The notes beneath the pieces are model-generated. The model had not been told where the DNA came from. It was given only the letters and a program-made list of their open reading frames with translations, and ran no database searches. Positions 14,407-24,333 of a stretch of DNA of 38,173 nucleotides are shown piece after piece. A program made the translations under genes and the position numbers. This DNA is from a virus (taxonomy: Duplodnaviria; Caudoviricetes). Numbering within the stretch: position 1 is the first letter of the stretch; each line of letters opens with the position of its first letter. The DNA lies in IMG/VR virus record IMGVR_UViG_3300037461_000613, positions 1 through 38,173 of that record, one strand, 5' to 3'.

Positions 14407-14760
14407 TCACATGTAAAGCTCGTAGTCCGGCCGGGTGACGATGACCTGCCCGCTCGAAAGCACCCAGGTGCGGTGCCGGTTGGTGACGCAGCAGTTGACG
14501 TACTCGCGCAGCTTGATGCCGTCCGGCCCCTGCTTCATGAACCCTCGGCCGAAACGCTTCTCAAACCGTTCTCCGGCCGTGATGTCGATGAAAACGTGAT
14601 GCAACGGCAGCAGCGGCACGAGCGGCTGGAAGGACACCCGCACGACCTGTTCAAGGGGGAGATCCTTCCATGTCTGCTCGCATCCGCTCTCGGCGTACTG
14701 TCGGCGCACGGATCCGTCCACGAGCTGAATCTCCCAGGCGTAGTGCTTGTTCGGTTCCAC
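14407..14760 (-). CDS. Hypothetical fibre-module protein
   Basis: 117 aa, GGAGG RBS. Confidence 0.7.
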   Translation of the reverse strand: MEPNKHYAWEIQLVDGSVRRQYAESGCEQTWKDLPLEQVVRVSFQPLVPLLPLHHVFIDITAGERFEKRFGRGFMKQGPDGIKLREYVNCCVTNRHRTWVLSSGQVIVTRPDYELYM

Positions 14761-14778
14761 GGGTGTCCCTCCTGTCGG

Positions 14779-15273
14779 TTAGGTTTCGTCGTAGGCGAAG
14801 GTCAGGGTTTCGGCGGTCAGCGTGCCCGGTGAGGCCGTGCTGGCGACCGTCATCTGCAACCGCAGCAGGTCGCCCTTGTATCCGGTTCCGGTGTGCGGTC
14901 CGGTGTTGACCGCGTCCAGGTCGATCGGGGAGCCGGAATTCTTGGTGAAAAGATCCGTGCCGCTGATGTTCGTGTTGACGTTCGGGTTGAACGTGTTTCC
15001 GGGCACGTCGTACTGCACCCCGATCCCGGTGCCAAACCCGTTGGACCCGTCGGAATAGGCCCGCAGGTTCTGGATGTCGACACTCGGCCCGGTGGAGAAG
15101 TAGAACCGCAGTTGCTTGGTGTAGCTGTAGTTCGTTCCCGCCGCCGGGACCTGCAGGCGGTTGTTGGTGTCGACACTGTTCTCGTCGGCGGTCTTGAAGC
15201 GCACGGTGCCGGAGGTCTTGTCCACCCCGGTCGCCAGGGCCGACATCTCGTGAATCTGAACGGTGGCTGCCAT
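14779..15273 (-). CDS. Putative fibre/whisker structural subunit (beta sandwich)
   Basis: Thr/Gly-rich 164 aa, terminal strand TLTFAYDET, AAGGAG RBS. Confidence 0.65.
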   Translation of the reverse strand: MAATVQIHEMSALATGVDKTSGTVRFKTADENSVDTNNRLQVPAAGTNYSYTKQLRFYFSTGPSVDIQNLRAYSDGSNGFGTGIGVQYDVPGNTFNPNVNTNISGTDLFTKNSGSPIDLDAVNTGPHTGTGYKGDLLRLQMTVASTASPGTLTAETLTFAYDET

Positions 15274-15302
15274 GGTCGTTTCTCCTTAGCGGTTGCCGGG
15301 CC

Positions 15303-17669
15303 TCATGTTGCTGCGAAGGCCGGCCGGCCAAGCCTGGAGATGAATGCGGCGCGAGGCACGCGGGCGACGTGGGACGGCCGAGGCAAAGACGCCACGAACC
15401 GCACCTTGGCGAGCGCCACCGCGAGCGCCGAGTACACGATCGCATCGAGGAGCGTCGCCGCGGCGGCGTTCGGGCGCTGGAGCAGCCCGTCCATATTCAC
15501 CGCGTGGGACAGCTCGCCGAAAACAATTGCGTCCAAGCTTGCCAGCCGGATCTCGCCCCTCACGAGCAGCGCATCCAGGCTGATGAGTTGATAATTACCA
15601 GCTCCCGACAGGATGGCATCCAGCCCAACCTGCGGACCGAAGGTCCTGGTAATAACGGCGTCCAACTGCGGCGCGATGGTGCGCAGCGCATACAGCCATG
15701 CGTCCATCTGGACGGTTGAGGTTAGGCCGCTTTTCTGCAACATGGCGTCGAGCGTCAGGCTCTGAACCATGGAGCGCGTAATCACGGCGTCCAGGGCGGC
15801 GGAAAGCGCCGCCGAGGCGTATATCATGGCGTCGAGCGACGCCGCGCGGGTGAGGCCCGTGGCGGCCAGGAGCGCATCGAGGCCTGCTCCGATCTGGCCG
15901 GACGCAATCGAGTACAGGATCGCATCGAGCGCCGTCCCTGCGGTTCGGCCGGACTGGTTAATGAGGGCGTCAAGCGAGGCGGACCGGGTGAGGCCAGCCT
16001 TGTTCAGCAGGGCATCTATGGAGGCCGCGCGGGTGAGGCCGACCTGGTTCAGTAGGGCGTCTATCGCCGTCGCGGCGCCCATGCCGGCACGGTTTAGGCA
16101 GGCGTCAAGCGAGGCGGACCGGGTGAGGCCGGACGCGGCCAGAAGCGCATCGAGCGATGCCGCGCGGGTGAGGCCCGTGGCGTTCAGGCAAGCGTCAAAC
16201 GCTGCCGTTCGGACCGCCGCGATCTGGACCATGGCATCTATACTCACGGTCTTCTGCCCGGTGGCCTGCAGGTAGGCGTCCAGCGCGGCCGTCAGCGCCT
16301 GCGCCTTCTGGGCGATCGCATCGAGCGAGAGGGCTGCGACCATGCCGGACTTGCTGACCAGCGCATCGAGGGAGGCCGTCAGGCTGTAAGTGGCCGCCTG
16401 TATCAAAAGAGCGTCGATCCCGGTGGCGGCCGAAATGCCCTCCTTGTTGATGAGTGCGTCGATGGAGTGGCTCGCGGTGACGCCGGACCGGGTCAGCAGG
16501 GCGTCGAGCGACGCCGCGCGGGTGAGCCCGGTCGCGCCCAAAAGCGCGTCGAGCGCAGCGGTGCGCGTCCCCAGGACCTGCAACAGCGAGTCGATCGAAA
16601 GGGTAACCGGGATTGATTTTTGCAAGTAGGCGTCGAGCGAGGCTGTGCGCGACAACGTTTTCTGCACCAGAGAGTCAAGCGAGACCGTGCGGGTGTAGGT
16701 CTGCGCTCCGGCAGAAACATACTCATCCGCCCCAATATCCCATGTCGCCCCGCTGCCGCCTCGGTCCTGGCCGTCGATGTCGGTCTGGAACGGGAAGCTG
16801 GCATCGTTGTAGAGATTGGTGCCGTGACCTAAAGCCCCGGCATCATTTGACGCCAGGTGGAAATCGTCGTTGGCCTCATCGACAAACGAGAAGGTTTGGG
16901 AGATACGATCTCCAACAGCGCCGCCAGTGACCGTGTACCCCATAGACGAAACATCGGTGGCGTTGTAGCCACTTCCGGCGGCGTAATTATAGCCTGGGCT
17001 GGCGGGCACCGTGCAAGATAAAAAAATATTGTTTTTCAGGAGCAAGCTGTTTGGAGCAGTGTGCATCACGCCATACAGGCAGTTATGCACGGTGCAATTG
17101 AACATGATGTTTCCAGAGCCGCCGCCTCTCAGCCAAACCGCATAGTTGCCGTGATCGTAAAATATTGAGTTGTAAATGATCCATCCTATTGCAGTATATG
17201 AAGCTCCACAATAGATTGCCTCGGAATACCCATTCGCGCCGTGAATGATGCAATAACCAAAGCGCATTCCAGTCAGCGACGACTCCACATGAATAATATC
17301 AGCGCCGCCGGTATTCGAAACTTGAAGACCCTCAAAACGAGTGTAGGACGCGTTGCAAATGATGCTGTACCAATCGTTTGTAAGAACCAGCCGATACTTA
17401 TTTCCGGTTGACCACTTGCCGGCGTGACGGTAGCCCTCCGCTGGATCAGTCCAAATCTTGACGTATTGAGTCGAAGAAGTTGTCCAACCATCAATCGTGA
17501 CAGCCGTTGTGTCCGCCGTCCCGCCGGTACAGCGGCATTTGGCAACGGCGATTTCATCCCGCCCCCCGGTCAGGTCGCCTTGCTGGGCCGCCTCCCAATC
17601 GTAGAGCGAATCGTAATCAGCCCCGGCGCCAAGATCGGGGTCGATGATTTTGATGACTTCGGTTGCCAT
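15303..17669 (-). CDS. Fibre protein: N-terminal beta-helix with choice-of-anchor-Q-like end, then ~29 tandem 14-17 aa repeats
   Basis: IYNSIFY...FNCTVHN...LKNNIF; DFHLAS...DIDGQDR...WDIGADEY; repeats like TRAASLDALL. Confidence 0.8.
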   Translation of the reverse strand: MATEVIKIIDPDLGAGADYDSLYDWEAAQQGDLTGGRDEIAVAKCRCTGGTADTTAVTIDGWTTSSTQYVKIWTDPAEGYRHAGKWSTGNKYRLVLTNDWYSIICNASYTRFEGLQVSNTGGADIIHVESSLTGMRFGYCIIHGANGYSEAIYCGASYTAIGWIIYNSIFYDHGNYAVWLRGGGSGNIMFNCTVHNCLYGVMHTAPNSLLLKNNIFLSCTVPASPGYNYAAGSGYNATDVSSMGYTVTGGAVGDRISQTFSFVDEANDDFHLASNDAGALGHGTNLYNDASFPFQTDIDGQDRGGSGATWDIGADEYVSAGAQTYTRTVSLDSLVQKTLSRTASLDAYLQKSIPVTLSIDSLLQVLGTRTAALDALLGATGLTRAASLDALLTRSGVTASHSIDALINKEGISAATGIDALLIQAATYSLTASLDALVSKSGMVAALSLDAIAQKAQALTAALDAYLQATGQKTVSIDAMVQIAAVRTAAFDACLNATGLTRAASLDALLAASGLTRSASLDACLNRAGMGAATAIDALLNQVGLTRAASIDALLNKAGLTRSASLDALINQSGRTAGTALDAILYSIASGQIGAGLDALLAATGLTRAASLDAMIYASAALSAALDAVITRSMVQSLTLDAMLQKSGLTSTVQMDAWLYALRTIAPQLDAVITRTFGPQVGLDAILSGAGNYQLISLDALLVRGEIRLASLDAIVFGELSHAVNMDGLLQRPNAAAATLLDAIVYSALAVALAKVRFVASLPRPSHVARVPRAAFISRLGRPAFAAT
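15426..16700 (-). repeat. Coding tandem repeat array (hydrophobic-D-small-hydrophobic core)
   Basis: About 29 units counted in the translation; near-identical DNA copies around 15967 and 16102. Confidence 0.85.
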
Positions 17670-17672
17670 TGC

Positions 17673-18554
17673 TTAACCCGCCATTTTGTTAATCAGCTTG
17701 CTCAGAAATTCGGCTTTCGTCATGGTAACGATCCCGCCCGCCGCCATGATCGCGTCATGGTCGGTTTGTGAAATGCCGTATTGATGGCGAATGTAGACCT
17801 GTTCCATGCAGCGCTTAACGTCCTGCCTGAATCGGGTTAGAATGTCTCTGCGCTCGATCTTAAATGTGAAATTGGGGTAAACCTGGGATATGACCGTGCC
17901 GCCGCGCTCGGTGACTTTCCGGTTGACGCGCTCACCGATCAAAGCCTCGATTTCAAGCTGCGTCATCGGCTGGCCGTCCTTCTCAAACGGCCCCCACGCC
18001 TCCTGGCTGACCGTGACCGTGATTGTGCCGACTCCGGTTGCAGGCACATAGCCGTCAAGGGCAAAGCTCAGCCCGGCAAGCTGCGTCACCGGCAAGTCCC
18101 AGAAATTTGCCGATCTGACCGCATCCCACAGGCTGAACGTGAAGCTCGCGTCGGTCGCCGTCAGGCCGAAGTTTGAGCAGCCCCAGGCCATCAGATAGCT
18201 TCTAACCTTCGTGGCCTTGACGCCCGCGATGTGGTTTTGCCCAATCGCCCCGGCGTTCTTCTCAAAAATCCTGACATCAAACCGCCCCTGTGCTGGGCGG
18301 GTGGCGACGACCTCGTAGTCGAAATCGTCCCGCCAGCTTCGGCGGTGGTCGCTCGCCTGCGCTTCGGAAAGCGTGATACCCGGCACTTTGACCACGATGA
18401 AGTCTTTGGGATAGCTCGACTGCGCCCAATTCGGATGTGCGCTCCACCCGTCCGGCTTGAAGTTGACGAGGTCGGTTCGCTTGTGGACGCCCCGGCGGTC
18501 TTTGTCGGGGTCGGGGTGGGTGTAGTCCGTGCGCTTGAAGATAAATTCGGCCAT
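17673..18554 (-). CDS. Hypothetical protein upstream of the fibre gene (possible partner or chaperone)
   Basis: MAEFIF start with GGGAG RBS; about 293 aa. Confidence 0.7.
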   Translation of the reverse strand: MAEFIFKRTDYTHPDPDKDRRGVHKRTDLVNFKPDGWSAHPNWAQSSYPKDFIVVKVPGITLSEAQASDHRRSWRDDFDYEVVATRPAQGRFDVRIFEKNAGAIGQNHIAGVKATKVRSYLMAWGCSNFGLTATDASFTFSLWDAVRSANFWDLPVTQLAGLSFALDGYVPATGVGTITVTVSQEAWGPFEKDGQPMTQLEIEALIGERVNRKVTERGGTVISQVYPNFTFKIERRDILTRFRQDVKRCMEQVYIRHQYGISQTDHDAIMAAGGIVTMTKAEFLSKLINKMAG

Positions 18555-18597
18555 TATGCGAAAAACTCCCAAAACCAATCCTGTAGGCGTTTTTTAC

Positions 18598-18885
18598 CTA
18601 TCCGATTTTCGCCAGCACGAACCCGGCCACTGCGGCCGGGAGCCCCGGCTGGTCGAAGGTTGTTTTCAAAAGCGCGACATCGTCGGCGTCCATCCTCAAA
18701 ATATCGACCGACGCCAGGATCGCCTGCCCAAGCGCATAAACCTTGATGCTCTCCGCCCCGCTCTTCGCGCGATAGCTGCCGACCTGCTCTAACAGCGCGT
18801 CCTTGACCGTCATGGGGCTGCCGTCGGCGTTGATGTAGGGCAGGCCACGGAAGCTCTTGATCTCTTCTTTCAGGTTTATTTCCAT
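18598..18885 (-). CDS. Putative tail fibre chaperone
   Basis: 95 aa helical protein just after J; AGGAGG RBS. Confidence 0.6.
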   Translation of the reverse strand: MEINLKEEIKSFRGLPYINADGSPMTVKDALLEQVGSYRAKSGAESIKVYALGQAILASVDILRMDADDVALLKTTFDQPGLPAAVAGFVLAKIG

Positions 18886-19037
18886 GACCCGTCCTCCTGT
18901 CGCTCTTCGCCGATCAGGTCAGCCTTTGTGTAGGACCGGTCGGCCGCGTCCCCGCCGGTTCCGATCAGCGTGTCGAGCCAGCACCCCGATGCGCCCATGA
19001 CCGCCACGAACAACACGACCGCCATCATCTTTTTCAT
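18876..19037 (-). CDS. Small lipoprotein (53 aa), Cor-like position
   Basis: MKKMMAVVLFVAVMGASGC signal and lipobox, GGAGGA RBS; below the ORF-track length cutoff. Confidence 0.65.
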   Translation of the reverse strand: MKKMMAVVLFVAVMGASGCWLDTLIGTGGDAADRSYTKADLIGEERQEDGSWK

Positions 19038-19062
19038 CTCTCGCTCCTCCCTTTTTGAGCTT

Positions 19063-22000
19063 CTATGCCCTGCGCGCGGCCCCCACGGCCGCGATTTTCC
19101 CGTCCAGCTGCCGGCAGGCCCCCATGAGCAGGCTCAGCAGCACCTTGAGCCTGATATAGGGCTTGCCGTCCGGGTCACGCTCGATAGCCCCCGCCCTCGT
19201 GCGCGCCAACAGCCAGTCCGGCAGCGTGTCGTCGTTGATCAGCTCGTGCCCGGTCTCAGGGTCCACCTGGCCGCTGCCCTTGATGCCGTGCAGCACGGCC
19301 AGGTCGTCCAACGTGTCCAGATGAAGGAAATCGGCCACGTTGTCGAAATCGTCGGAGTAGACGTGGTCCCAGGCGTAGGAGGACATGCCGCAATAGTAGA
19401 CCTTGTTTTCGCCCGGGTACATGGTTTCGCCCGCGAACATATAGGACCGCTCGTTGGCGCCATCATGTTTCGTTACGATCTGGCAATATCCGTTAGATGG
19501 GTTGGCGTAAGTCAAAAACTTTCCGTGCCGGGTCGGATTGTACGATGCCAATTCCGATGTGCCCTGCGAAAACACTCTGGCCTTCGTGTTCGCCCCGATA
19601 TAAATGTTCAGGAATTCCAAAATGCCGATATAGGTCGGGTCTCCGCCGATTATCAAATCCGTTGCCTCGTCGGTCACCGGCTTGATGCTCATCAGGGTCC
19701 CCGCGCCGTTGACACCCATGTACGTGGAATAGCTCGACCCCGCAAACACCACCTTACCGGGCTGGCTGTTATCCCCCTCGAGCTTGATGTTGCCGCCGGA
19801 CTTTATGACGACGGCATCCGAACGCGAGCTCGAAAACTCCGCGTTCGTCCCGTCGAATTTGATGTAATTGTTCGATCCATCACCACAATAGAAGCGAGGG
19901 TCGGCGCCGTTGTAGTCGAGCTGAATTCCATCGGCGCCGAAGGTTGCGCTCTTGATGCTGACGACCCCGCCCGAGAGCCGCACCGCGTTGGCGGCCCCGC
20001 CGCTGTTGATCTCGACCACCCCGGCCGCGTATTTGATATAGTCCTGTGAGCCGTTCCCGGCGTAGAAGCGCGGGGCGCCGCCGTTGTACTCGAACTGGAT
20101 GCCCAGGTTTCCGAACGTGGCCGAGCCGATCGCAACCGCGCTCGTCGCTTGGATCTTGGTGCCGGAAATGCTCTGAATATGGGCGTCGAGCACCCCCAGG
20201 TTTTCGATGTAGGCCGAGCCGATCACCTGGTTTGCGAGTGCGTTCCATGCAGCCTGGCCAACGCCCGCGACGTTCACCGCGATAATGAAGTCCTCGCCCG
20301 GGACCCAGCCGGCGATCGATGCCGGGTGCGTGGCGGAGGTGGCGAACGAGTTCGAGAGGTCTTTCCAATAGATATATTTTTGGTCCGTGGCCGGCGTGTC
20401 ACCGGATAGGATCGGGTAGGCGACCCCGTTGTAGTAAACCGTGCAGTCGTTCCAGGCCACGCGCCCGGCGGCCGGGCTGTTGTCGGTCAGCGATAAACCT
20501 TGGACCACCGGAATTTTATTGAAAACCTTGGAGGCCGAGACCGCGAAGTCGTCGATGTCGCTCTCCTTGACGTTGAGCGATCCGCAGATCTCGCTGTCGG
20601 CCAATGACCCGCTCTCCTGGCCGAAGACATCGACCGCCTTGACCTCGAAGTAGATCTCGGCATCAGCGCCGTGGGCGTCCTTTTCGGCCCCCGATAGCAG
20701 ACGCTCGATCCCGGTGCGATCCGTGCGCTGCCACGCTCCCCAGGTGCCGCCCGAGGCCACCTTCAGCCGCTGCAGGAAATGGGAGAAGTCCGCCTCGGAG
20801 TTGGCCGTCCAGTAGAACTCGACCCCGCCCATGAAGCTGCGGCTGCCAAGACCCTGAGGATTGCCGGGGGCCGGGTTCGTGGCGGTCAGGCTTGCCGCTG
20901 CGGCCGACAGATCCCCCCAGCGCGAGCGAGCCTTGACGCGGAACTGCAGCGAGGCCCGGGGGCCGCCGTCGGCCAGGTTGTCCGCGAAGCTGTAGGTGTA
21001 GCGGGCGTCGGCGACGTAGACGGTCCGCAGAATCGTCAGGCCGTCGGAGGTCCTCACCTCGACCTGGTAGTCCTCGATCAGCAGCCCGGCCGTTCCGCCT
21101 CCGGTGACAGGGGTCCACTCGATCGGGCAGTCGGCCGCCAGGAAAGACGTCCCGCCGCCAACGACCTGCAGACCGGAGACATCCGCAGGGGTCGTGCCGG
21201 AGAGCGCCACGGCGATCTCGGACTCGGTGTCCCAGGCAGAATAGAGCCCGGGCAGGGAAAACGACCGCACGCGCACGTCGTAGCTCGCGTCGTTTTTGAC
21301 GTCGACCGTAAACCGCCGCGCGTATCCCGGCAGCACCGGAAGGTCCTGCCACTGCGCATTTCCGGATAGCCGCCACTGGGCCTGGAATCCCTGGATCACA
21401 TCCGGGGCCGCCTGGCCGAATCCGCCGGTCGTCTGCGAAAATCCGGAGGTCGCCTCGAAGACCACGACGAGCAGGACCCCCACCGTGCCGTCGTCGGCAA
21501 GCGATCCGTCCTTGATGCTGTAAGAGGTCGATACGATGTTCGGCGCGGCCGGCAGGCGGTTGTCGACCGGGGGCACGGTGATCCCGGAGTCGTAGGCCGG
21601 GATCGCCCCGCTGTCGGCCGTGAGCACCGCAGGCGAATACGGGATCAGGCAGATCCGCGCGGTGAAGTTTTTTCCGGGCATGATCCGCTGCACGAGCGCC
21701 TGGACAGTCTCGGAGGCCGCCTCTCCGAAGCTGCAGAGGTCACCGACCGCAAGCCCGGACGCGACCGGAATGGCCGGCGAGAGCGTCACGGTGTAGTTGT
21801 CGCCCTCGACCCTGGCGACCACCGCGGAGCCGTCCGCCCCGGTTGCCGTGCGGTAGCGGAAGCCGTAGGTGCCGGAGGCGCCCATCGGGAAGACATCGTC
21901 GAAGGTGACGGTCAAAATGTTCCCGCCGCCGGTCGTCATCGAAACGACCCGGCCGGCGCCGAGTCCGACCGAAATCGCATCATGGCTCAGAAGCACCATG

Positions 22001-23850
22001 TCCCCGCGCGTGCAGCGCAGGTGCTCGAAATCGGCGTTGATCTCCCAGCGCTCGGCCCGCAGCCTGGCGCAGGCGATCATGTACCGGCCCCACTTCCACG
22101 CCTGGTCGGCATCGGTGCAGCCAAAGAGATCGAGTGTTTCGAATTTGGTGGCGGTCGCCTCGGTGTAGCCGTCGTCCGGAACGATGCGCTCCACCTGGGT
22201 GTAATTGCTGGCCGCGTCGAAAAAGCGGATTTTAAGCGCGTGCGGCCGGTCCGGGAAAGCGACCCCGCCGGAGAACCCCCAGCAGTTGCGCTGGGTGAAA
22301 TGCTGCCGGGGGGTCGACTGGACCTTGTCCTCGATCACCGTGTAAGCGCCGTTGACCATGCCGCGCGAGGCCCGTCCCACCGTGCAGATGTCCTGGCAAA
22401 GATCGCGCACGCTGGTCTTGAAGTCGATCACGGCGTCAAACGTCCGTCCGGCGGTGTCGCAGTTGGCGGCCCAGGCGCGGATCGCGGCGAGATCGAGCCG
22501 TGAGTCCGGCACCGGCCGCTCGTTCGAGGTGCCCCTCAGGACCTCGCAGAAGGCCCAGGCGGGGTTTCTGGTCTTGACGTCGGTCCAGCTGGTGCCGTCG
22601 TGGGCCGGGACGATCGCCTCGGCGATGCAGTTGAACTGGTCGATGACTCCGTTCAGCTGGCCGCTGGCCTTGATCCGCAGGCCGATCAGGGTGCAGCCCG
22701 CGAGGTTCCAGGGCGCCTCGTAGGAGATCGAGCGCAGCGCCGTCCAGTAGCTCGCGTCCACCGTGTTGGCCCGGCCGTCTGTCGTGGTGCGCCGGATGCG
22801 CAGGTCCCACGTGCCGCGCGGGACCTTGATCGTGAACCCGTAGCGGAAAAGCTCGTTGTGCTGGGCGTTGATCGATACCTGCGAGCCGAGATCGGTCAGG
22901 CTTGCGACCGCGGCGGTGACGGAGCCCGCGATCAGCACATTCTCGCCCGCGATGAAATGCCCGCTCGACTCCTCCACCCGGATCCAGTCGGTGTACTGAA
23001 CGAGGTTATAGATCTGCTGGCCGTTGTCATTGGTCTCGCCCGTGTCGACCCCGGTGCTGTTCCGGTGAGCGTAGCGCACGGTCCCGACGGCCCCCGAGCT
23101 CTGCCCGACGACGCTCTGCCCGGCCGCGATCCCGGAAGACGGCAGGCCAGAGAAAAACAGATCCTTGCTGATCCCGAAGTTTATCCAGTTGCCGGACCCG
23201 GAGACGGCGTACTGGATTTCGAAGACGACCGTCTCGGGCGAGCGGTTGCCGCCGGAGTTTATGTCGTAGAGGCCCGATGGGAAACTGATGTCAAAGGAGA
23301 TCTCGTCGGTGTCGGGCGCCGTGGTGCGGCTCTGCCAGCTGCCGGCGGCGGTCAGCGCGACCGAGAGCGCCTCCTCGTTGACGTCCGACGGGAAAAGCGC
23401 GAAGTGATTGCTGCCGCCGGAGTAATACTGCTCCATCTGCACGTCGGTGAAATTTCCGATCGGTGTCTCGCCGATCTTGTGATCGGAGAGCACGTAGCGG
23501 CCCTTGGCGATCAGAAACAGGCAGCGCAGGTACTGCTCGGACCCGACGAGCTCCGTGTAGGGCTTGGCCGCGTATTTCGGGTAGGTGATGTGCCGGCCAA
23601 AAATGCGCGTGATCGGGCCGTAGGGCTCGGAGACGTTGCGCATGCCGGTCAGGCTGTAAGTCGGCGAGCTGCTGTAGGAGTTGATCTTGGGCTGCTGCGG
23701 CGGCACGATCGCATTAAGCAAAAGCGATCCCGAAAATGCCGTGGCCGCTCCGGCGGCGGCAGCCCAGGGCCCGGTCAGTCCGATCGCGCCCGGAACGTAT
23801 ATCGACGCGGCGACGATCGCGATCATGCCTATGATGCGCAGCATGTCCAT
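19063..23850 (-). CDS. Central tail tip / host specificity protein (TipJ family) with FN3 domains and a C-terminal chaperone-like domain
   Basis: PITRIFGRHITYP, IKASGQLNGVIDQFNC, TRNPAWAF, RGDMVLL motifs; 1595 aa. Confidence 0.9.
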   Translation of the reverse strand: MDMLRIIGMIAIVAASIYVPGAIGLTGPWAAAAGAATAFSGSLLLNAIVPPQQPKINSYSSSPTYSLTGMRNVSEPYGPITRIFGRHITYPKYAAKPYTELVGSEQYLRCLFLIAKGRYVLSDHKIGETPIGNFTDVQMEQYYSGGSNHFALFPSDVNEEALSVALTAAGSWQSRTTAPDTDEISFDISFPSGLYDINSGGNRSPETVVFEIQYAVSGSGNWINFGISKDLFFSGLPSSGIAAGQSVVGQSSGAVGTVRYAHRNSTGVDTGETNDNGQQIYNLVQYTDWIRVEESSGHFIAGENVLIAGSVTAAVASLTDLGSQVSINAQHNELFRYGFTIKVPRGTWDLRIRRTTTDGRANTVDASYWTALRSISYEAPWNLAGCTLIGLRIKASGQLNGVIDQFNCIAEAIVPAHDGTSWTDVKTRNPAWAFCEVLRGTSNERPVPDSRLDLAAIRAWAANCDTAGRTFDAVIDFKTSVRDLCQDICTVGRASRGMVNGAYTVIEDKVQSTPRQHFTQRNCWGFSGGVAFPDRPHALKIRFFDAASNYTQVERIVPDDGYTEATATKFETLDLFGCTDADQAWKWGRYMIACARLRAERWEINADFEHLRCTRGDMVLLSHDAISVGLGAGRVVSMTTGGGNILTVTFDDVFPMGASGTYGFRYRTATGADGSAVVARVEGDNYTVTLSPAIPVASGLAVGDLCSFGEAASETVQALVQRIMPGKNFTARICLIPYSPAVLTADSGAIPAYDSGITVPPVDNRLPAAPNIVSTSYSIKDGSLADDGTVGVLLVVVFEATSGFSQTTGGFGQAAPDVIQGFQAQWRLSGNAQWQDLPVLPGYARRFTVDVKNDASYDVRVRSFSLPGLYSAWDTESEIAVALSGTTPADVSGLQVVGGGTSFLAADCPIEWTPVTGGGTAGLLIEDYQVEVRTSDGLTILRTVYVADARYTYSFADNLADGGPRASLQFRVKARSRWGDLSAAAASLTATNPAPGNPQGLGSRSFMGGVEFYWTANSEADFSHFLQRLKVASGGTWGAWQRTDRTGIERLLSGAEKDAHGADAEIYFEVKAVDVFGQESGSLADSEICGSLNVKESDIDDFAVSASKVFNKIPVVQGLSLTDNSPAAGRVAWNDCTVYYNGVAYPILSGDTPATDQKYIYWKDLSNSFATSATHPASIAGWVPGEDFIIAVNVAGVGQAAWNALANQVIGSAYIENLGVLDAHIQSISGTKIQATSAVAIGSATFGNLGIQFEYNGGAPRFYAGNGSQDYIKYAAGVVEINSGGAANAVRLSGGVVSIKSATFGADGIQLDYNGADPRFYCGDGSNNYIKFDGTNAEFSSSRSDAVVIKSGGNIKLEGDNSQPGKVVFAGSSYSTYMGVNGAGTLMSIKPVTDEATDLIIGGDPTYIGILEFLNIYIGANTKARVFSQGTSELASYNPTRHGKFLTYANPSNGYCQIVTKHDGANERSYMFAGETMYPGENKVYYCGMSSYAWDHVYSDDFDNVADFLHLDTLDDLAVLHGIKGSGQVDPETGHELINDDTLPDWLLARTRAGAIERDPDGKPYIRLKVLLSLLMGACRQLDGKIAAVGAARRA

Positions 23851-24333
23851 TTAAAACAGCCCCGGGGCGTTGGCCGGCGTGAACGCGTCGCACGGGTATG
23901 GCTCGCTGTCGGTGTCCTCGACCGATAGCACGCAGGATACCACCGTGCCGTCGTAGGTGGCGTCTCTCATGTAAAGGGTCACGGCGGATCCCTGCACGGT
24001 GTCAGGTGAATCCGCCAGGACCAACTTAAACGTGACCGTCATGGACTCTGCCGACCCCGCAAGCGAGCGCACGGCCTGGGTGATCGCAAGATCCGGGTCG
24101 CCGATCGTCATCCGGGCAGAGGGCAGGTTGTCCTCGACGTCGTCCGGCAACTGCAGCTCGAGGTAGACCCCTGTGTAGGTGTCTCCGCCGCTCACCACGT
24201 CGGCGTAGTTCCCGGCCCGCAGGATCGGCCCGCCGAGGTCGGAATGGTCGATCGAGACGAGCGCGACCAGCGCCTCGCCCGTTCTCTGGGCGTGGGCGGC
24301 GGCGACGAACGTGCTGGAGAGTCCGGTCCTCAC
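23851..24333 (-). CDS. Tail tip protein (DUF1833 / gpL-like)
   Basis: LVSIDHSDL...LELQLP...FTPANAPGLF. Confidence 0.75.
   Translation of the reverse strand: MRTGLSSTFVAAAHAQRTGEALVALVSIDHSDLGGPILRAGNYADVVSGGDTYTGVYLELQLPDDVEDNLPSARMTIGDPDLAITQAVRSLAGSAESMTVTFKLVLADSPDTVQGSAVTLYMRDATYDGTVVSCVLSVEDTDSEPYPCDAFTPANAPGLF

Noticed and set aside
15426-16700. CRISPR array or DGR template/variable repeats
   Set aside because: Repeats are in-frame coding units without unique spacers or adenine-specific differences, and no Cas or reverse transcriptase gene is present.
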